The position numbers and the translations under genes are program-made. The notes under the pieces were generated by a model. It saw nothing but the letters and a program-made list of their open reading frames with translations, had not been told where the DNA came from and made no database searches. Below are positions 63,892 through 64,000 of a stretch of DNA of 64,000 nucleotides, piece after piece; the first letter of the stretch is position 1, and the number at the start of each line of letters is the position of its first letter. Source of the stretch: Hydrolagus affinis. Taxonomy: Eukaryota. The stretch covers positions 1 to 64,000 of the forward strand of contig JAAILG010001487.1 of the NCBI GenBank assembly GCA_012026655.1, in the 5' to 3' direction.

Positions 63892-64000
63892 GTAAGTTTC
63901 TACATGCCACGCAAATCCTGCACGGTTGGCTGATTAAACCGTTTGACTCTTCAGAACAGCTAATACTTTTTTTTTATATGCCTTTGTGTGGAGTGGGGTT

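Noticed and set aside
1-64000. Recurrent ~30-60-nt motifs that could suggest a CRISPR-like array
   Set aside because: They are irregularly spaced SINE and L2 tails on both strands in eukaryotic introns.

Overview
Eukaryotic (vertebrate) genomic DNA lying entirely inside one + strand multi-exon gene. Nine GT-AG coding exons (107, 65, 68, 106, 95, 112, 95, 144 and 350 nt) splice in one continuous reading frame and encode the N-terminal GBD/FH3 region and start of the linker of an FHOD-family formin, best matching FHOD1. Exon 1 and the FH1/FH2/DAD exons lie outside the window; exon numbers assume a single upstream coding exon. The introns are rich in tRNA-derived, Deu-domain-type SINEs with L2-like tails, L2 and CR1 LINE fragments and a few DNA-transposon remnants. 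This repeat landscape suggests a cartilaginous fish, possibly a chimaera (inference). An intact tRNA-Leu(CAG) gene lies antisense in intron 6, directly upstream of a SINE. Apart from the exon- and LINE-derived ones, the listed ORFs look spurious. I found no convincing novel multi-gene system. The best oddities are the tRNA-SINE tandem, an RT-deleted but in-frame CR1 ORF, templated insertions inside SINEs, a fold-back SINE hairpin and a nested Tigger-like MITE. Repeat boundaries are approximate, and family assignments come from recalled motifs rather than database searches.
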